Assembly (NCBI GenBank): GCA_964016885.1
Contig: OZ024745.1
Coordinates: 52,266,001 to 52,330,000, forward strand
From: Eledone cirrhosa
Taxonomy: Eukaryota
DNA: 64,000 nt
Direction of reading: 5' to 3'
The first letter of the stretch is position 1, and the number at the start of each line of letters is the position of its first letter. The notes under the pieces are model-generated. The model did no database searches. It had not been told where the DNA came from and saw only the letters and a list, made by a program, of their open reading frames with translations. Both the position numbers and the translations under genes were made by a program. Positions 39,922-56,100 of the stretch are shown in pieces.

Positions 39922-42900
39922 GCGCGTGTGTGTATGTGTGTATGTATATATTTGTGTGTGTGTTTAACACAGAAATAACAAATCAAATGACAGTACATTG
40001 AAAAATATATTAGTCTAAAGCTTGGAATAACAGGAAAAGGGTAGCACTATGTCATCATTAAATCATAATAGAGGTGGGTATGAAAACTTATATAACAGGT
40101 TTATATCCAATGAAAATATGCAAATGACCATTTCCAGCATGTGGGAATAACGCAGAATGTTATGTAGACTATGTTCTGTTCAACGGTTTTAGTTAGTCAC
40201 TCATGAATCATTAACAAATCTTGAACAGCGAAGCCAGCAGATCCCCATAAGCATGTATGGGTGCACGGCCTCGTAAGATTTGTTTGTCTGTATAGGTGTG
40301 TGTACTTACCTGTAATCTATAGTTCATATCCACCTTCACATACTACTGATCTACTACGACTCTACACATAAGAAAGTGTCTGCATCGATGCGAACTCACT
40401 CTCCTTAGATCTGAATTGCACAGATGCATCTAGCCACATGCTTTAGAGCAAACATTCCACCAATTCCCTCGACCCTGTATCCAAACTATGTGACCCAATT
40501 CTTGCATACACACGGTATTGCCTTAGTTATACCGTTTGATTTTTCCTTTTTTGTCCTTCGTTTTCTTCTCGTCTTTCTTCTTTCCTTTCTACTATACTGT
40601 TTCTTTTCCTTAGATGTTTCTTGTTTGGGAACCATAGAGTATGAGATTCTATAAAGTTACGTTTGTAGGATAACACCTACATAAACATGAACGATAAAAA
40701 CACCACTGTAAATATGGAGGGAGAGAAATGAAAGATTTATGTGTGTTTCTCGATGGATTTTCTTTAGAGCACGATCTCCGTACTCATCTATTTCTGTTGG
40801 ACGTCCTACCACCTAGTGATAGCTGCAATGCAGAATAAGTATCTTAATGAAAATCGTATAAGACCTATGTACTCATTTCAAATATTGTCGACATTTCTTT
40901 CGGATCTTAAATGCCAATAAAATATGTTACAGAAGATCACTAGGTTGATTTCATAGATGATGCACTGTGCTATGTTTTATGTATCGTCCCTGTATTAGAA
41001 ATCCGTAACGAGAAAGGGATTAACAGAAAGCGATTCGGCACGAACGATAAAAAAAATTAATTTAAATATTACTTGGACACATGTTTAGCTGCGTGAAAAG
41101 AGAGAGACACACACACACACACACATACACACACGCACACACACACACACTCACACACACATACATATATATATATGTGTGTATAAATCCGCAAAGATAT
41201 ACACACGCACACGCGCGCACATAAACGCAGCCCCCGTGTATATAAACGTATATATATATATATATATATATATTGTCTATATCTTCTAGTCCTATTAACA
41301 TTTTTCTTAAAGTTCTTAATCACGCTCAATTTGACAAACATTTTGCTCACATACAATCAATTTATCACAACAGACGGCATTGTCTATATTTAATCAGCAA
41401 AGAATATTGAATTTGCGTACTATTTTAGGCAAATTTGTCTAGACTTTTGGAATAGGTGTTTGAAACACTGTGTATCGAATTTTCTATGGAAATTTTCATA
41501 TGAATAGAGGGATGTAATACAATATAATGTGTTAATATACGATCCGTTATTTACATCTTATTTTGCCTGAAAATCTTTAGTTGTGTTCTTAAAACACTAT
41601 CGAATGTATCGAAATTGTTCACAAAGTGTATGCATCAATGAGAATAAATTGCATTTGTTCATATTAGACATTCTTATCCACAATTCTAATACATTTTATT
41701 ACGATGTGAAAAACATTCTTAAACAGTTTTTCTTAACAAAACATCCTAACCACCTATATTACAAATGATGCTATATTTCAGTATATTGGACTCAGTTTAT
41801 TTGAGTAGACACGATCGCAAATCGTATAACTTCCCTAGACACATCTTAATAGAGTTTAGTGTGCTGTGTTCTGAATCTGTCATATAAATCATATTCTATT
41901 GTTTTGTCAAGGAAGGGACGACACCGCACATGACTTTTTACAGGTTGTTCGATAGAAAACAGGTTTGATATTGGAATTATCCGAATACTGTCAAATCTGT
42001 GTGTGTCACTAAATGCACCAAATTATTGTCTGCTTGGAATTTGTAATCGGTTAACTATAACGGCGATACTTCTGTCATATCAAATACTCACATATAACAT
42101 TGTATATAATTTCGCAGTTTTCAGTCTATGAAATGTAAGTGAGTTTGCTTCAGGCTGCTCATTCTTGCGTTATACTTTCTCTACGAGGTCAGTGCAATAA
42201 GATCGACTTAAAATAAGATTAAATGACATTCATAACTACACGTCCATAATTGTACCAAACCAACAAATTTTATTATGTATGAACGATTTCTAGACTCTTA
42301 CATGAAATGAAATTATTGCAATGAACATATTTATATCAGAAAGGTTACCTAGTCTGATGAAGAGATATACATGCATTGCGTGAAATATAAAAAAAAATAT
42401 TTTTCATGTAAGATTGAAGTTTAACTATATTGAGTGATGTTGGTGCTTAAAATTTGATGGATCTGGTTTGGAGGAAGAGGTTCCTATAAAAGCATATTTA
42501 ATACTAAAATTCAGTGCTAACATTAAATTACCTACTGTAGAGAGTTAATGATTTTTTTGTTAAGGCATTGTGCTCACAATCATATTTGTAGTTTCTCAGT
42601 TTGAAATTAAAACTCTACGTTTATAATATTAGTGACAATAAACCTAATGATTAATATGATTATGCGAGGAGCTACGTTGTTTGTCAAGAAACTAATATTT
42701 GTTATTATTCTTAATAAGAAATAATACTGAACCCTTAATAACATGATATATTATGAAATTAACAAGTCTCAACTAAGAGTTAAATATTTATTTCCACACA
42801 TGAATAATGGAACGGCAGGAAATTCAATACTCATGTAATTAGCTTAGAACTCATAATTAATATCGATGATATTTCTTCATTAAGCTTGTTTTCTAACTCT

Positions 42901-44932
42901 TGACAGAAGTCATATGAAAATATTTAATTAAGTCGAGGCAATGCAGAACTGAAGTTTCATATTGAAATAGGAAACATATGAATATTTTTTTTATATCAAT
43001 TTAAGTTGACTCGTAATTCCAACAATTTTATGATCCCTGACATGAGAAATTATTATTTCAATTTCTTTAAGTTCATTAAAAACTAGCTAATTTTCTATTA
43101 TCAATTATATTTTTGACAATTCTCCAAATTAAATCATATAATATTTAACGTTTTAAATATTATATTGACCAAGAAACACCTTTGCTTATTTTAGTTGAAA
43201 ATCTTGCTGAAATTTAAAAATATTCATAAACAAACTGAATTTAATTTCAGGAATTATACAACTATAATTCGTTTAGAAATTAACAATATGGAACCGATTT
43301 GAACAAGTATCAGAATATGAGTTACTTTTACAGCCGCTAAATGTTTTCTAATGTAAATTAAAATGGCCTAGTTTTGTCATGCGAAACTTCATTCAATGAT
43401 GCTCGTTAGAAGAGGTTAAACACTTGTTATCACTTGGATTGTTATTCTCTCTTCTCTCTTCTAATTGCAATAAGCGGGGCTGTACTATCGCATTTACTCT
43501 GTCCAACCACCGATAGTTTTGTGTTATCTTAACATTTACATATACTTCTACACAAACACATGGCATCATCGCAAAACAAAATATTTTATCCATAAATTTG
43601 AGTAAGCCCCCCCCCCCCCCACCCCAATTCAGGTATGACGACTACAACAACACACTGTTGTTGTCAAAATCCATATCGATACATACATTATTGTGCCAAT
43701 CAAGCGACAACAAAAATACATTTATAACCTTGATTTAACACTCATTTTTATGAAATCCTATATCCAAATCTTGGCAAACAATATTTCTTCACAAAAGGAA
43801 ACATAACAGTATTTTTTAAAAGAACATAAAATCAAAAACATTCTGTCTAGGTCTATTTATTGAGAGTGGGCGCTTTCCGGTATGTCCTAAAAAAGGTAAC
43901 TCTGACCAAATGGTGAAGATGGATCTTCAAACGAAGGCATTTCAGTTTATGAATGCTATCTAACCCTTTTTCTCGTGGTCAACTGCCAGTTCGCTTTGCC
44001 TCTAAAATCTGTCAATCAATTCTTTCCTTTTAAAATATACTGCCGCGTTCGTGAATTGTCTGAAGACTTGTACGAATATAATCACAGAAAGACCCTATAT
44101 TCTAGATATGAAAATAAGATCAACATCTTTTAGAAGAAATCAATTTTCTAAAGTGTATGGCACCATATTACTAGCAATTCTCTTTAATGAAATATATGTT
44201 ATTAACCACCATATATGCCTCAGCTTGTGCCATTGAACATATTAAATATTTCTGCCTTTCTTAGGATTAATCTATTCGAACACGTAGAAAACAAATATAT
44301 TATCCAAGGAAAATTACCATCTATAAATGTAGTCAAATAAGCCTCTTTCCTGTGAAAAGCGTTCACCATTTTCTCGTATACATTTAAAACTTAACCCAAC
44401 CAATAAAGTGGTTTGTACTGATAAAAACGTCTTTTCTTTCTCACATATTTCTACTAAATAACCCATCAATTATGAATTTTAACATGTCATCTTTGTTCCT
44501 TTACACATCTCAATTTCACAATATATTTAATATTAAATTGTATTAATATTGCAGTACATTCAATGACAATCATCATTCAATTTAAAATTCATCAGGCTAT
44601 TTAAAAGAAAAACGAGAAATACTTGACCACTACGGTATTATTTATTTATTAGCATTTATAGAAAAAAAAATTTAAATATGTCAGTTAAACCATGTACATT
44701 ACATGAATTTCCGAAACTATATCCTACACTAATATAATTTTCTTTAAATGTATGCATAATTCTTTATTGAAATGTTCATACATTTTCGTATGCAGCTAGG
44801 ACAAAATTCTATATTTGCTCTTTAAAGAAATATCGGGCCAAATATACGAACCAGCTTCCTAATATGAGTAGATAACACTAGATTATGACAACATGTAATT
44901 AGTGTGTATTTGATAATATTCCTAATATCCTA

Positions 44933-45113
44933 ATTGGCAGTATTGGTAGAGAGTTGGACGCCATGCTTTCCAGCATAGTTACGTCCCTTTACGGTCTGAG
45001 TTCAAATCCCGCTGAGGTTCACTTCGCCTTTCATCCTTACGGGGTCGATAAAATAGAGTACCAGTAATGTACTGCGTAATTGGTGACCTTGTGCCAAAAC
45101 TAGAAACAGTTAT
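44933..45113 (+). mobile_element. SINE (family A)
   Basis: Match to 271-460. Confidence 0.85.
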
Positions 45114-45134
45114 TTCTATCCATTCTTTTATCTT

Positions 45135-45700
45135 CTTATTCGCCCACAACGGGTCCTGTCAGAAGCAATCAGCTCCTACTTATCCTGCTGGATCCCCAGG
45201 TGAGACAACCCAAACTCATTGATGTTATCCAACCATCTTCCTTGGGGTTAACCAATGGGTATAATGCCGGTTGGCTTTGCTCGTACACTCTGTACAGCAA
45301 TTCTTTCCTGAGACATTCTCAACACATGCCCATATTATCGGACCTGTGTCTCTCAATTTGGAGAAATTTCGGCTCTACCTGGCGTAACATTCTGATCTCT
45401 GAGCTAAGCTCTCTGTCGTGTAACATTACTCCAAAGATGCTTTGGAGGAACCTTTTTTGGCCACCTGTATTCGAAATCGAATTCTGTTGATGATTACCCA
45501 AGATGCATGACCATAGGTAAGGGTTATCACGAATACCGAATTAAAGATGGCAAGTTTGGATTTTATACCTACCTCCCTTCTACTGGTTACAGAATACTGA
45601 AGCTTGCACATTATTGCACAAAATCCAGCAATTCTTGCACTTAATTCAGCCTCCTGCATTCCATCACTCGTGAACATTATTCCCCTTTCCCTTTGGACTC
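45135..45700 (-). mobile_element. RTE-clade LINE 3' fragment (Expander/Rex3-like)
   Basis: EAELSARIA..KSKLAIFNSVFVITLTYGHASWVI..RIQVA; RFLQSIFGVMLHDRELSSEIR..VEPKFLQIER; frameshifted. Confidence 0.75.
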
Positions 45701-47125
45701 ATTGGCTCTGGGTGCAGCAGCTCTTTGTCGTCCTCTTCCATAATTTTGCAGATTTTGCGCAGGGGACACTATTGCCCTTTCTCTGGCTATCTGTACCCAC
45801 CTTTGCGTCACTGTAGAATACTGCCTCTGGTTTGAGATAACCTTCTTGAAGTTCGTCATTAAAGCCGTTTGTATCTGATTCTATTTCATCAACTCTCTCC
45901 TCTCCAGACTCCCCACCATTCTCACATCCTTTTTGAATGTTGAAATGCGGATTAAATTGGAAATGAGTACAAAAGACAACAATCCCTTATCTCCGCCAGG
46001 AGGAGCTAAATCAGTGTCAAAGCATACCGCATTTAAGATGTCATCCTAGGTGGATGGCTAGGATCATCTGAGCTCAGTGTGTTATTCTGCTTATTAGTAT
46101 CACCGCACTTTGATAAACACGAAATAGATATGTGTCTTATTGTGGTAAATTGCATTTGTGCAGTAGTTTGTATCACCTGCTTAATTTTATATGACTGATG
46201 TAAAACATCTTTTTGAAGGTTAACTCGATGTATCTAAACTTCGACTCAGACTTTCCTTTTAACACATGGTGTTTTTTTATATATTTTAATACTATTTTAA
46301 ACTCTAATGTTACGCAAAGGTTCATTCGCGAAAGATTTAGAAGTATATTGGAACAAAGTAGACATTCTTGAACAGTTTGATAACTTAAGGAAATTGCTTG
46401 GTGATTTTCTTGCCTAAAGAATCTTTTCTAAAACCTTCAGCAAAATTCAGGTATGTTGTTTTCTTTTTTTTTTCTATTACCAATCTTCAAGAAAATTCGC
46501 ACCCAGTTGTTTAGGAATTATGAAGCGTGATTTTACATGATAAAGTGAGAGAGTGAATATATCTAGCTGGATATGTTCTCCGTTTCTTCTCTTATCAGGC
46601 ATATACATTTTCGAGTTTGGAAAACATTAGTACTTTCGCAAATTCCAACCAGCCGAGCACTGAAATTGCCATGTTGGCCGATTATCCGCTGATTCCAACA
46701 CGTAGTATACCCGTATCGGTAAGGAAATGTAGTAGTAACGTTGTTATTCGAAATACCCCTAATGGACTAGCGGATTGAGGTGGACCTTTAGTCAAGGATT
46801 TGCTGATTATTGATTTATTGTTAATCAATGATTGGTGGATCACATCCTGGCAGGTTTATGTGCTAAACAAAGAATATACTTTCAAATGATAGACTCCGTG
46901 AATACTTTGACGTTTTTATACGTTGAGCCATTGAACATATAATTCCCTTCTGATTTACAACTAAGCCTTCTAACTGGGAACGTTGCCTTACAAATCATCC
47001 CGTGCATGTGCTGGTTTTGTTGAGCAAATTGCAAGCAAGATAATCTCATATATTGTATATTGGTGTAAATTCTCCTTATATATATATATATATATAAGCT
47101 GTTACAACACCGATACATAAATGAA

Positions 47126-47156
<31 letters not shown>

Positions 47157-48352
47157 GTACGTGTGTGTGCGTGTGTGTGTATGCGTGTGTGTGTGTGTGT
47201 TTGTGTGTGTTTATCTGTGTGTGTGTGTTTATGTGTACGTGTGTGTGTGTTTGTGAGTGTGTGTTCGTGTGTGTGTGTGTATTAGTGGGGTAAAGCAAAG
47301 AAAATTATGTTTTTTATGTGAGTGTGTGTGTCTATGTAAGAAGGCATTTATTTACAATGTACTACTCAACCGATTCCGTCTATCAAATGTCAGTCAGCGG
47401 TTTCTTCTTAATTTGCGGTCACAGTGAAAAACAATTGCATGAATGTTAAATAACTCAGAGTATGATTGTGAAGGGTCGTCTTTAAGATGCAGCCATTTGA
47501 ACCTGCAGACTATAAATTCATTCCATTTACTCATTCCCATTACTCATTTCATGACACTTTTCAAAACCATTGCTATTTCTACATATATTTCTATCTGACA
47601 ATGTTTAGACGTAGAAATTTGACTTCAATTCCAAACTTGCGAGAAATTAAGACAGGAGATATGACAAGATAAATGGCGATTTTCTCTGACTTTTTTTCTT
47701 CGTTTAAGTTACGGAGGTTTATAACAACGGACGCACCAGTAAATAAGTCAAAATACCATACCTGATTTCCTATCCCTCAGATACGAGTGTATCTATCAAC
47801 TGTTAAATGTAATTAATTTTAGAAAATTATACATACTCTACTGAATTTCTTGTTTTATCTATTCAGAGAAAACAACAAAATGATGCGAAAATAATATCAT
47901 GGTATATTGAATGTCGTTCATTAATAGTCCTGGAATTCGAAAAGCAACGGAACTACACGTAGTCTATTATTTCGATATAAGAAACAGGATATTGCTATAT
48001 CTGAATGAATTTTTATATTAGAAATCTCATTAATTATTTCCGCTGTACTAATTTATTCATCACCAAGAAAACATTTATTTTTCGATGTTTTTTGTAACTA
48101 TCTATTATATAAAAGATTCACTCCAGTTTCAATAGTATATGTTGTATTCACGCCTTTTTATATCGTCTGCTGAACATTTTAAAAATTTCATTCAAAACAA
48201 ATTAATAAAAGAATACAGAAAAAAGGTGAATACTTTCCATATATCATAGGTATGTATATACGCAAATAATGAAGTACATGAAAAATATTAACTTTACGAA
48301 ACATCCTTCTTTTTAACATATCTATATCTATCTTTCTTTACATATAAATGTT

Positions 48353-48437
<85 letters not shown>

Positions 48438-48483
48438 CATACATACATACATATATATATCTATCTCTATCGCTCTCTCTCTC

Positions 48484-48585
<102 letters not shown>

Positions 48586-49410
48586 GCATATATACCCAGA
48601 CACATACATATATACATGTATATGTGTGCGTGCATCTGAGTGCTTGTATGGAATACTTTTCTTGCACTAAATCAAATGTTATTTCCACTGGATATATGCT
48701 GCATTGAAAATAATTCCATTGTGTTTGTTATAATTCCATCATTTTCTGCTCACTATTGGTCCCTCTGTGAATGTAGAACTGGAGAGAATGTATCGACGCC
48801 AGGAACTCAAACTGACGGAATTCTCAACTTCCAACAACCCATATAATGATTGATAAGTTGCTTTAAAATTCCATTATCTGCATCAAAATATAGTTACTCT
48901 GTTTGTGTAAACTGGAATAACTTTAAAAAGAAAAGCTACATTATGTATTCACAGAACGTTGGAAACCCTGACTGCGTGAATGTGCATAAAGGTTTACGGA
49001 TTTAATATGGAAACATGTAAATATGCGAAATACGTATATATTTCCAGCAAATCGAAACAATTCTTTGCATATAGAGATATAATATTATGGTGTATCACGG
49101 CTGCATAGTGGACACCTAAATATATGCATATATACCAATTATCTACATAACAACAAGTCAGCTAATAAATAAAATATTACGTCCATTTCACCACAAAAAT
49201 TGGTATGTTATAAAAGCCCGTCGATTCCATATTCATTCTTAAGGTGTTAACATTATTTTCTTAACTTTCAGGAAAGTTCGTATTTGCTGTATTTACATTC
49301 CTACATGCTAAACCTATAGACACATTTTCACAGTCACTATTATCCATAATCTCTGCTTTTACATATACAAATTTAACACACACTCTGGTTACTTAGCGCA
49401 ACCCTAATAA

Positions 49411-49521
<111 letters not shown>

Positions 49522-49615
49522 CGCGTGTGTGTGTGTGTGTGCGTGCGTATGTGCGCGTGCGCGTGTGTATATGTGCGTATATAAGTATGTATGTTTGGCT
49601 GTGTGCGTGATATAC

Positions 49616-49656
<41 letters not shown>

Positions 49657-52600
49657 TATATATATATATGTTGATAGATAAACAAACTGATAGATAGACA
49701 GATATTTGTTTGTGGCTATGTATATGTGTAGTATGTACGCGCTAGTTTTGGGCATATGTATTTTATTCTGTCTTTCATAATGTTATATCTGATGTGATAT
49801 ATGAGGCATAATTGATACTTTCATTTATTTCTCCTCTGCCAATGAAAGTTTTCGTTGTTTGAAATTTGTTATATTAAGATTTCGGTAACTTTCTGAAACT
49901 CCCATTCATTACTTTGATCTTATTCAAAAGACCAGATGTATAGAAACTAAAAACAGTGATGCATAAGCCTCTAATCCAAGTTGAACATAGCTTCACTTAT
50001 GTTAAATTCTTCAGAACGAAAATCGTTATTTTTTGTTTCCATCTACCAATTGGAAATATTCTTTTTCATATTTCTCTGTTACCGCTATTCCCATTTCTCC
50101 AGTTCCATTGATATATCAACTTACAACACATTTAACCGTTTCCATGCTGCTTGTATAACAAATGCAACGAAACCATCCCGCAAAATTCTTTCTAAGTAGA
50201 AATTAAGTCAATAAGTATATATTTTCTCCCTGCATGATTATCATACATTTTTACTATTCTGGTCTTTGCAGCGAAATTACAAGCTTATCTTACATAAATG
50301 TCTTAACTATTTTATATAGATATCAGAAATATTACGAGTTATATTGGTGTATAAAATCCTAAATGTCAGAACTCTGAATAAATCACTTTAAAAGTTGGTC
50401 AACGTAAATTATGTACATAGTAATAAGAATAACATTACTAATACTACTGATAATACTAATCCTCATCACGCCCTCAACATATATTAATGATACTGTTTTC
50501 ACAGTGGTATAGTTTGCAGTATTGCTTTTCATAATGACCAGGGGCTAAGTTTACTTAATTTGTTATTTACATTAGACAGCTGCTGGTATTTTCCTAGTAA
50601 ATGATTATCGAATAATTGCCTCTTTGAAGGCTATGATTTTGGCGTATGTCAATATTAAATTTGTATTATAAAGTAGAGTCGGTCCAATCTTCGAAAATAT
50701 GGATACGTTGCTTACAGCTATCCACATTTTGGACATCCTATCGAGGAATTGTGTAAAAATAAATTATTTTTCGTTCTTACTTAGAACATTTACAAAGGTA
50801 AATGTCTATGTGGTGAACATTCTTCATTTGACATCATGATTTGAAACATATATTATTGAATATTGGGAACTTTAACCCACAGAAAAATATATAAAATCAA
50901 ACAAAACCCAATGATCAGTATCTAGGGCAACAGTTTACAATCAGACACTCGATTTGCTGAAATTGTTGGAGGTTTCACAGGTGAGATTGTTTTGCTCATT
51001 TAAACATGTCCTCGACACATATAAATTCCCATACAAAATTAAATAACATGGACAAACATATGCATAATGAATACACTATTGCTACAAAATTAACAGTTAC
51101 GAGTTGGGAATTTACGAAATACTTCAAATGTGTGAAAAGGTATTGATATAAAAGGCATTCATGAGAATCAGTATAACTTTATACATGCGTGTAGCATGTA
51201 CAATATTGACAATATCGTATACGATACTTGGATTGAGAAAGAGGAAACTTTCTGAGAATAAAGTATAATGTCCATCATCGGAGGAATGAAGAGTTACATA
51301 CACATATGCATAACACTGAAAAAAAGACATTATAAACATTTAAATAACCTATAATTGACATACAACATTGTATGGATGTAACGCTTTGACTGACATACAT
51401 TTTACAAAGTGAGTTACCTCGATATCAATGAATTAATTACAATCATTATATATTTAACTAAAATTTAGTGAGTTAGGAAAACGCTTTCTTTTCATATTTG
51501 TATTATAGAAATTATGTTCCAAACGCATTCATTTTATATGAGTCATCTGTATTCGCATGTAAGTTAATGTTTTATGTGCTATTAAAACACACTTGCATGG
51601 ATATAAAACAATGTGTTTCTCTATTGGAAGAATATGTTTGTCACACCTCGATATACTAGAATATATAATTCTGAATAGTATTTTACTAGTGAAATCTGGC
51701 ACAAATTCAGATGGAGAGCAGAACACAGCTCAGTGAGAGTAATGCCCCAAAATACAAGATGCATATCAGCATTGTAATCCTACGGCTATTTTCAATACAT
51801 ACAGGATTAGTACATTAAATTACAGATGTATATATTCAATTAATATTATAAATGACATTTACGATCGAGTGGGATATTCTCTAAAACACAATTCTTTTTA
51901 TAAGTGGTAGACAACGAAAATGATGTACACATACCGGTTTAGAATCACTAATTTTCAAATTTACTCTTTTCAAAATCCAATTTCGCTTCAACAACATAAG
52001 CCCAATCTCACTATACCAGAAGCGTATAAGAGATCCAGAAATAAATATTTAACCATATCAGATATTTGAAACCATGTTTGCATTAAATCTGTAGTTATTG
52101 CGTCATCATCATTACCTCATTAAATAACCCTAACCCAAGAATATCCCATTCAATTTTCATTCAAAAAGGTCCCATGCTTTGATATCAACAAAGAAAACGA
52201 GATGAAATACTGTTTGATTATAATTAATCTACTGAGATGCAGGTAAGATTCTCGGGAAAGACTTCGACACTTCAACCAAACAATATGATCTGCTTCTCTG
52301 GACATTCTGAACAACCACACACACACACGCAACACACACACGCGCACACACACACACATACATACACACACACACACATACATAAATACACACAGATGCA
52401 CTCGCGCGCACACGAGCGAATACATATACATACAAGGTATATGTATTTGGGTGCTACGGATAACTTGTAAGCCAGTACGATATGTCACATGTTCAGGTTC
52501 TAGGTAATTTTACCGGCAACCCCACAAAACTTGCGTGGTGAGGAGGCAGATTTTGGACGGCTGAGTGATGAAACGCAAAATCTAGCAATGGGTGGAGAAA

Positions 52601-53059
52601 TAATGAGCATGAATGGGCATCAAATACTTTGTATATATATATATATATATATATTGTGTGGCTGTGTAAATATGTACAGAGGGGTAGTAGATTTCACTGA
52701 TTGTCATTGGGTTTCTTGTGAACTGATAACGCGCAATATATGCCCATGTAAGCAGAGTAACCTACATATATACATACCATCATGCATTATGATGATGGCT
52801 GCTCCTTCGTTATCGAGTATGGCTATTGCACGATACACCATTATTAATAATTATTAATTAATTTCATCGTGCAATGCCTGTGCATGAAGATATTTTTTAA
52901 AGTGAGGAAAGACTGTGCACTGAGCCAATCTCACGCTCTGAGCGACAGTAGCTATAACCCGAACAGAAGAAAAGATTAACATCATCGGTAACATACATAC
53001 ATACATAGATATATACATACATACATACATATATATATATATATAATATATGTAAAGGT

Positions 53060-53170
53060 GTATGTCTGGGTGGTTAGAGAAATCGATTCGCAATCGTGAG
53101 GTTGTGAGTTCGATTCCCGAACCAGACGATGCGTTATGTCCTTAAGCAAGACACTTTATTTCATGTTGCC
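53060..53170 (+). mobile_element. tRNA-derived SINE (family B), partial
   Basis: GGTTAGAG..B-box GAGTTCGATTCCC followed by TGTCCTTAAGCAAGACACTTT, a common SINE central-domain motif. Confidence 0.6.
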
Positions 53171-56100
53171 CCTTCTACCTGGAGTTGCGACCGATAGATA
53201 GTATTAGCAATTTGAAAGACCAATGGAAATATCGTTTCCTCGGTCCGATTTGACGAAGGTCGATCGTTCCTGATATATATATATATATATATAAATATTT
53301 TGAGAAAACAACATCAAACTTCTGCACTGAGAATATACAAACATCGTAATAACAGAAGTTAGCTTTAATCCAATGATATATATGCTTTTGTTTTTCTCTA
53401 ATCATATTCTAGGTCTGGAAACAATTGTTATTACTGAAATATATATAGCAGCGAATATGAATAAATGAAGTTAATATAAACTTCTTGATTCTTTTCTCAT
53501 ACGTAGGTGGCATGAAAATGACCTTTTATCTCCGTCAAAGATTTACAATCCTTTCTGCCCGTTGGGACTATATAGTGCCATGCGCGTAGAGTTATCAACC
53601 TCATAGAGCTTTCTATTACATTGTGAATTCTAACATCATCGATGTTTTGGATTTTACGATCGTCTCTCTTTATATCAGAATATGAGCCCCAAATTTGCGA
53701 ACATCATACGATGCATGTTTAGATAAATAACACACCCTGAGTAACCCTAAATTGTATCGTGTCGACCTACACTTTCGGCTGTTTGAATGCAAGATTTAGC
53801 TGATTGGCTGTATGTTACGGTATGAAGCACATTTGACTAGAACGATATTTTACCTGAAAGGCAAAGTATTCAATCAAGCAGAAGATTATGCGACAAACAC
53901 TTCACTCGTTATTCCCCCCCCCCCCTCTCTCTCTCTCTCTTACTCTCTCTCTCTCCATCTTTCTCTCTCTCGCTCTCCCTCTCCCTCTCTCACTTTCTCT
54001 CTCTCTCTCTCACTCTTAGGCAACATCCTTATTTATTGACAATGTGCCTTTACGCATAATAAATTCCTGCTCTCCGAAGTATGTTCACTAGATATTTCAA
54101 GCACTGCTAACATACAGATGCATATTGAAAGCTGAAAGTTCTTCTATCATACGCCAAATAACGTTTACCTCTACAAACCTTTCATGATATTTCAGTTGGC
54201 TTTCATGTTGCCCGATGAATACCTGAGTGGTTTTCTATAAATAATGCAATTGTAATGAGGGATTGGGTCACGACTAAGTCCAAGCTGCCTCAAAGAAACT
54301 ATTTATAATTACACCTACAAATGTATATATATACAAATCAATCTTCACGTATATGGCACTGAAGCTACGGAGAGAGATGCTGCTGGATTTATTTGGCACA
54401 TTGGCTCAACTAGATAACGGATCACGTTCAGGGGTCAAATGAGAGGAATTCTACACCCAGGTTTTTGTAATGTTTTGTAATATATTGTAGAGTGCATTTC
54501 CAAATAAAAGATTTCATATCTGTAATGTTAAAATACTGAGGGCTCAGTTTTCTTCTAATTTCTGTCAATCTGTATTTGGGGGTGAGATATACATTTGTTC
54601 AAAACATTTGTTATACTTATTTACTCATTCCAAGGAAAGAAAAATATTAACATTCTCAGATGTGTCACCATTAGATCGCATCTGTGTTTTATAGAAATAA
54701 GGGAGCGGAGATTTTGTAACTATTCGATATTTAACAGATCGCAATTTAATATGTAAGACCGTTTTGGTTCATGGACCATTTGTTCTAGTTATAGCATTCA
54801 TGCAGAGAAACAAACATAGACCATAACACACGCACATGTACACACTCGTAGTAATATCGAACTTATTGCAAACATTTTCCTTATCATCGCTTATATGTTA
54901 CAGTGTCTTATCTGTAAGCTTCCCAGTCTTCAGACAATTAATTCCTTATATATATATATATATATATATATTTTACACATACGCACACACATGCATGTAT
55001 AATGAACAGGTTGTGAGAAAGGGAGGGTCTCTTGAATTTATCCCAGATTTAATTGCTAAGTTTATATGAATAGAAAGATAGAAACAACTATTCTCTGGCG
55101 GATAATCACAGGTACATAGATTGCTGTAATTGGATCAATTGATACGCAATGCTGTGCCATTATTCCGTTGATCGAATATGTCGAATTAGAAAGACAACTT
55201 GGTCCTACAACATCTCCTTCTACTGGCATACAAGAAATTAATGAAGGTACATCAGTTTCCTGTTAGAGAGTTTTGAATGTAAACATATTGGTCATGGTAA
55301 ACAAACATGTTAATATCATATTATCTATAATCTCATTTCAGCAGTTGAAATCATAATATAGTTTTCTTATGTTTTTTTTTTTTTTTGCCAAGTAAACAAT
55401 GAGACGCTGAGTATTTCTCAAATGTCTTATAGAGAGAAATTGATTAAATCTGATGCACTTTTCTAAAACTGTCACTCTCACAGATATTCATCGCAATTGC
55501 AGATGATCTTCTACACATCAATGCTTTTCTGCCATGATTTGTTTCTACTTTTTTTTCTTTAGGTGGGTACTGATTATATATAAACTAATGCCTTTTAATT
55601 AAATGTTCCTTCTGATTTCGTAGAAAGAATAACAAACCCATTCATATATAGATAGTTAATGTAATGAAAAAAAGCAAGGAGCGTTATTCGATTTGATATC
55701 AGATAATGTCACATGACTCTATAGTTTACCTACAACAACGATTTATTTGCAGAGTAGAAGCAATTAACCTCTCAATTTTTTGTAGCGATTCTGTTTAGGT
55801 GCATATAGGCAGTCGTCTGAATAAAGTAAAAATGATAACAAGATGACTTGAAGTGACAAAAATAGATATTTCATTTAATATCTTAGAGAAACTCAATAAT
55901 CAATAGAGTTAAAATTTAAATAATCTAGACCATACTTGTTCATGTTGACATATTTTCGATTGAGCTTATTTGAGATATTGCGCAGTGTAAAATACAAGAA
56001 AATACATTGTCTATGAAGGTTTGGTATGAACTGAAAGAGTTATTGTACTGAATGGCCGAAGAATTCTTTATATGACAGTAAATAACATTAAATATTCCTG

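Noticed and set aside
53420-53480. GAAATATATATAGCAG, resembling the 3' half of the 6222 HHR
   Set aside because: No CUGANGA half or stem II visible; at most a fragment
55060-55265. Possible host exon (open frames on both strands, acceptor-like CTCTCTAACAG on the minus strand)
   Set aside because: No recognisable protein similarity or partner exons; cannot be supported without RNA-seq
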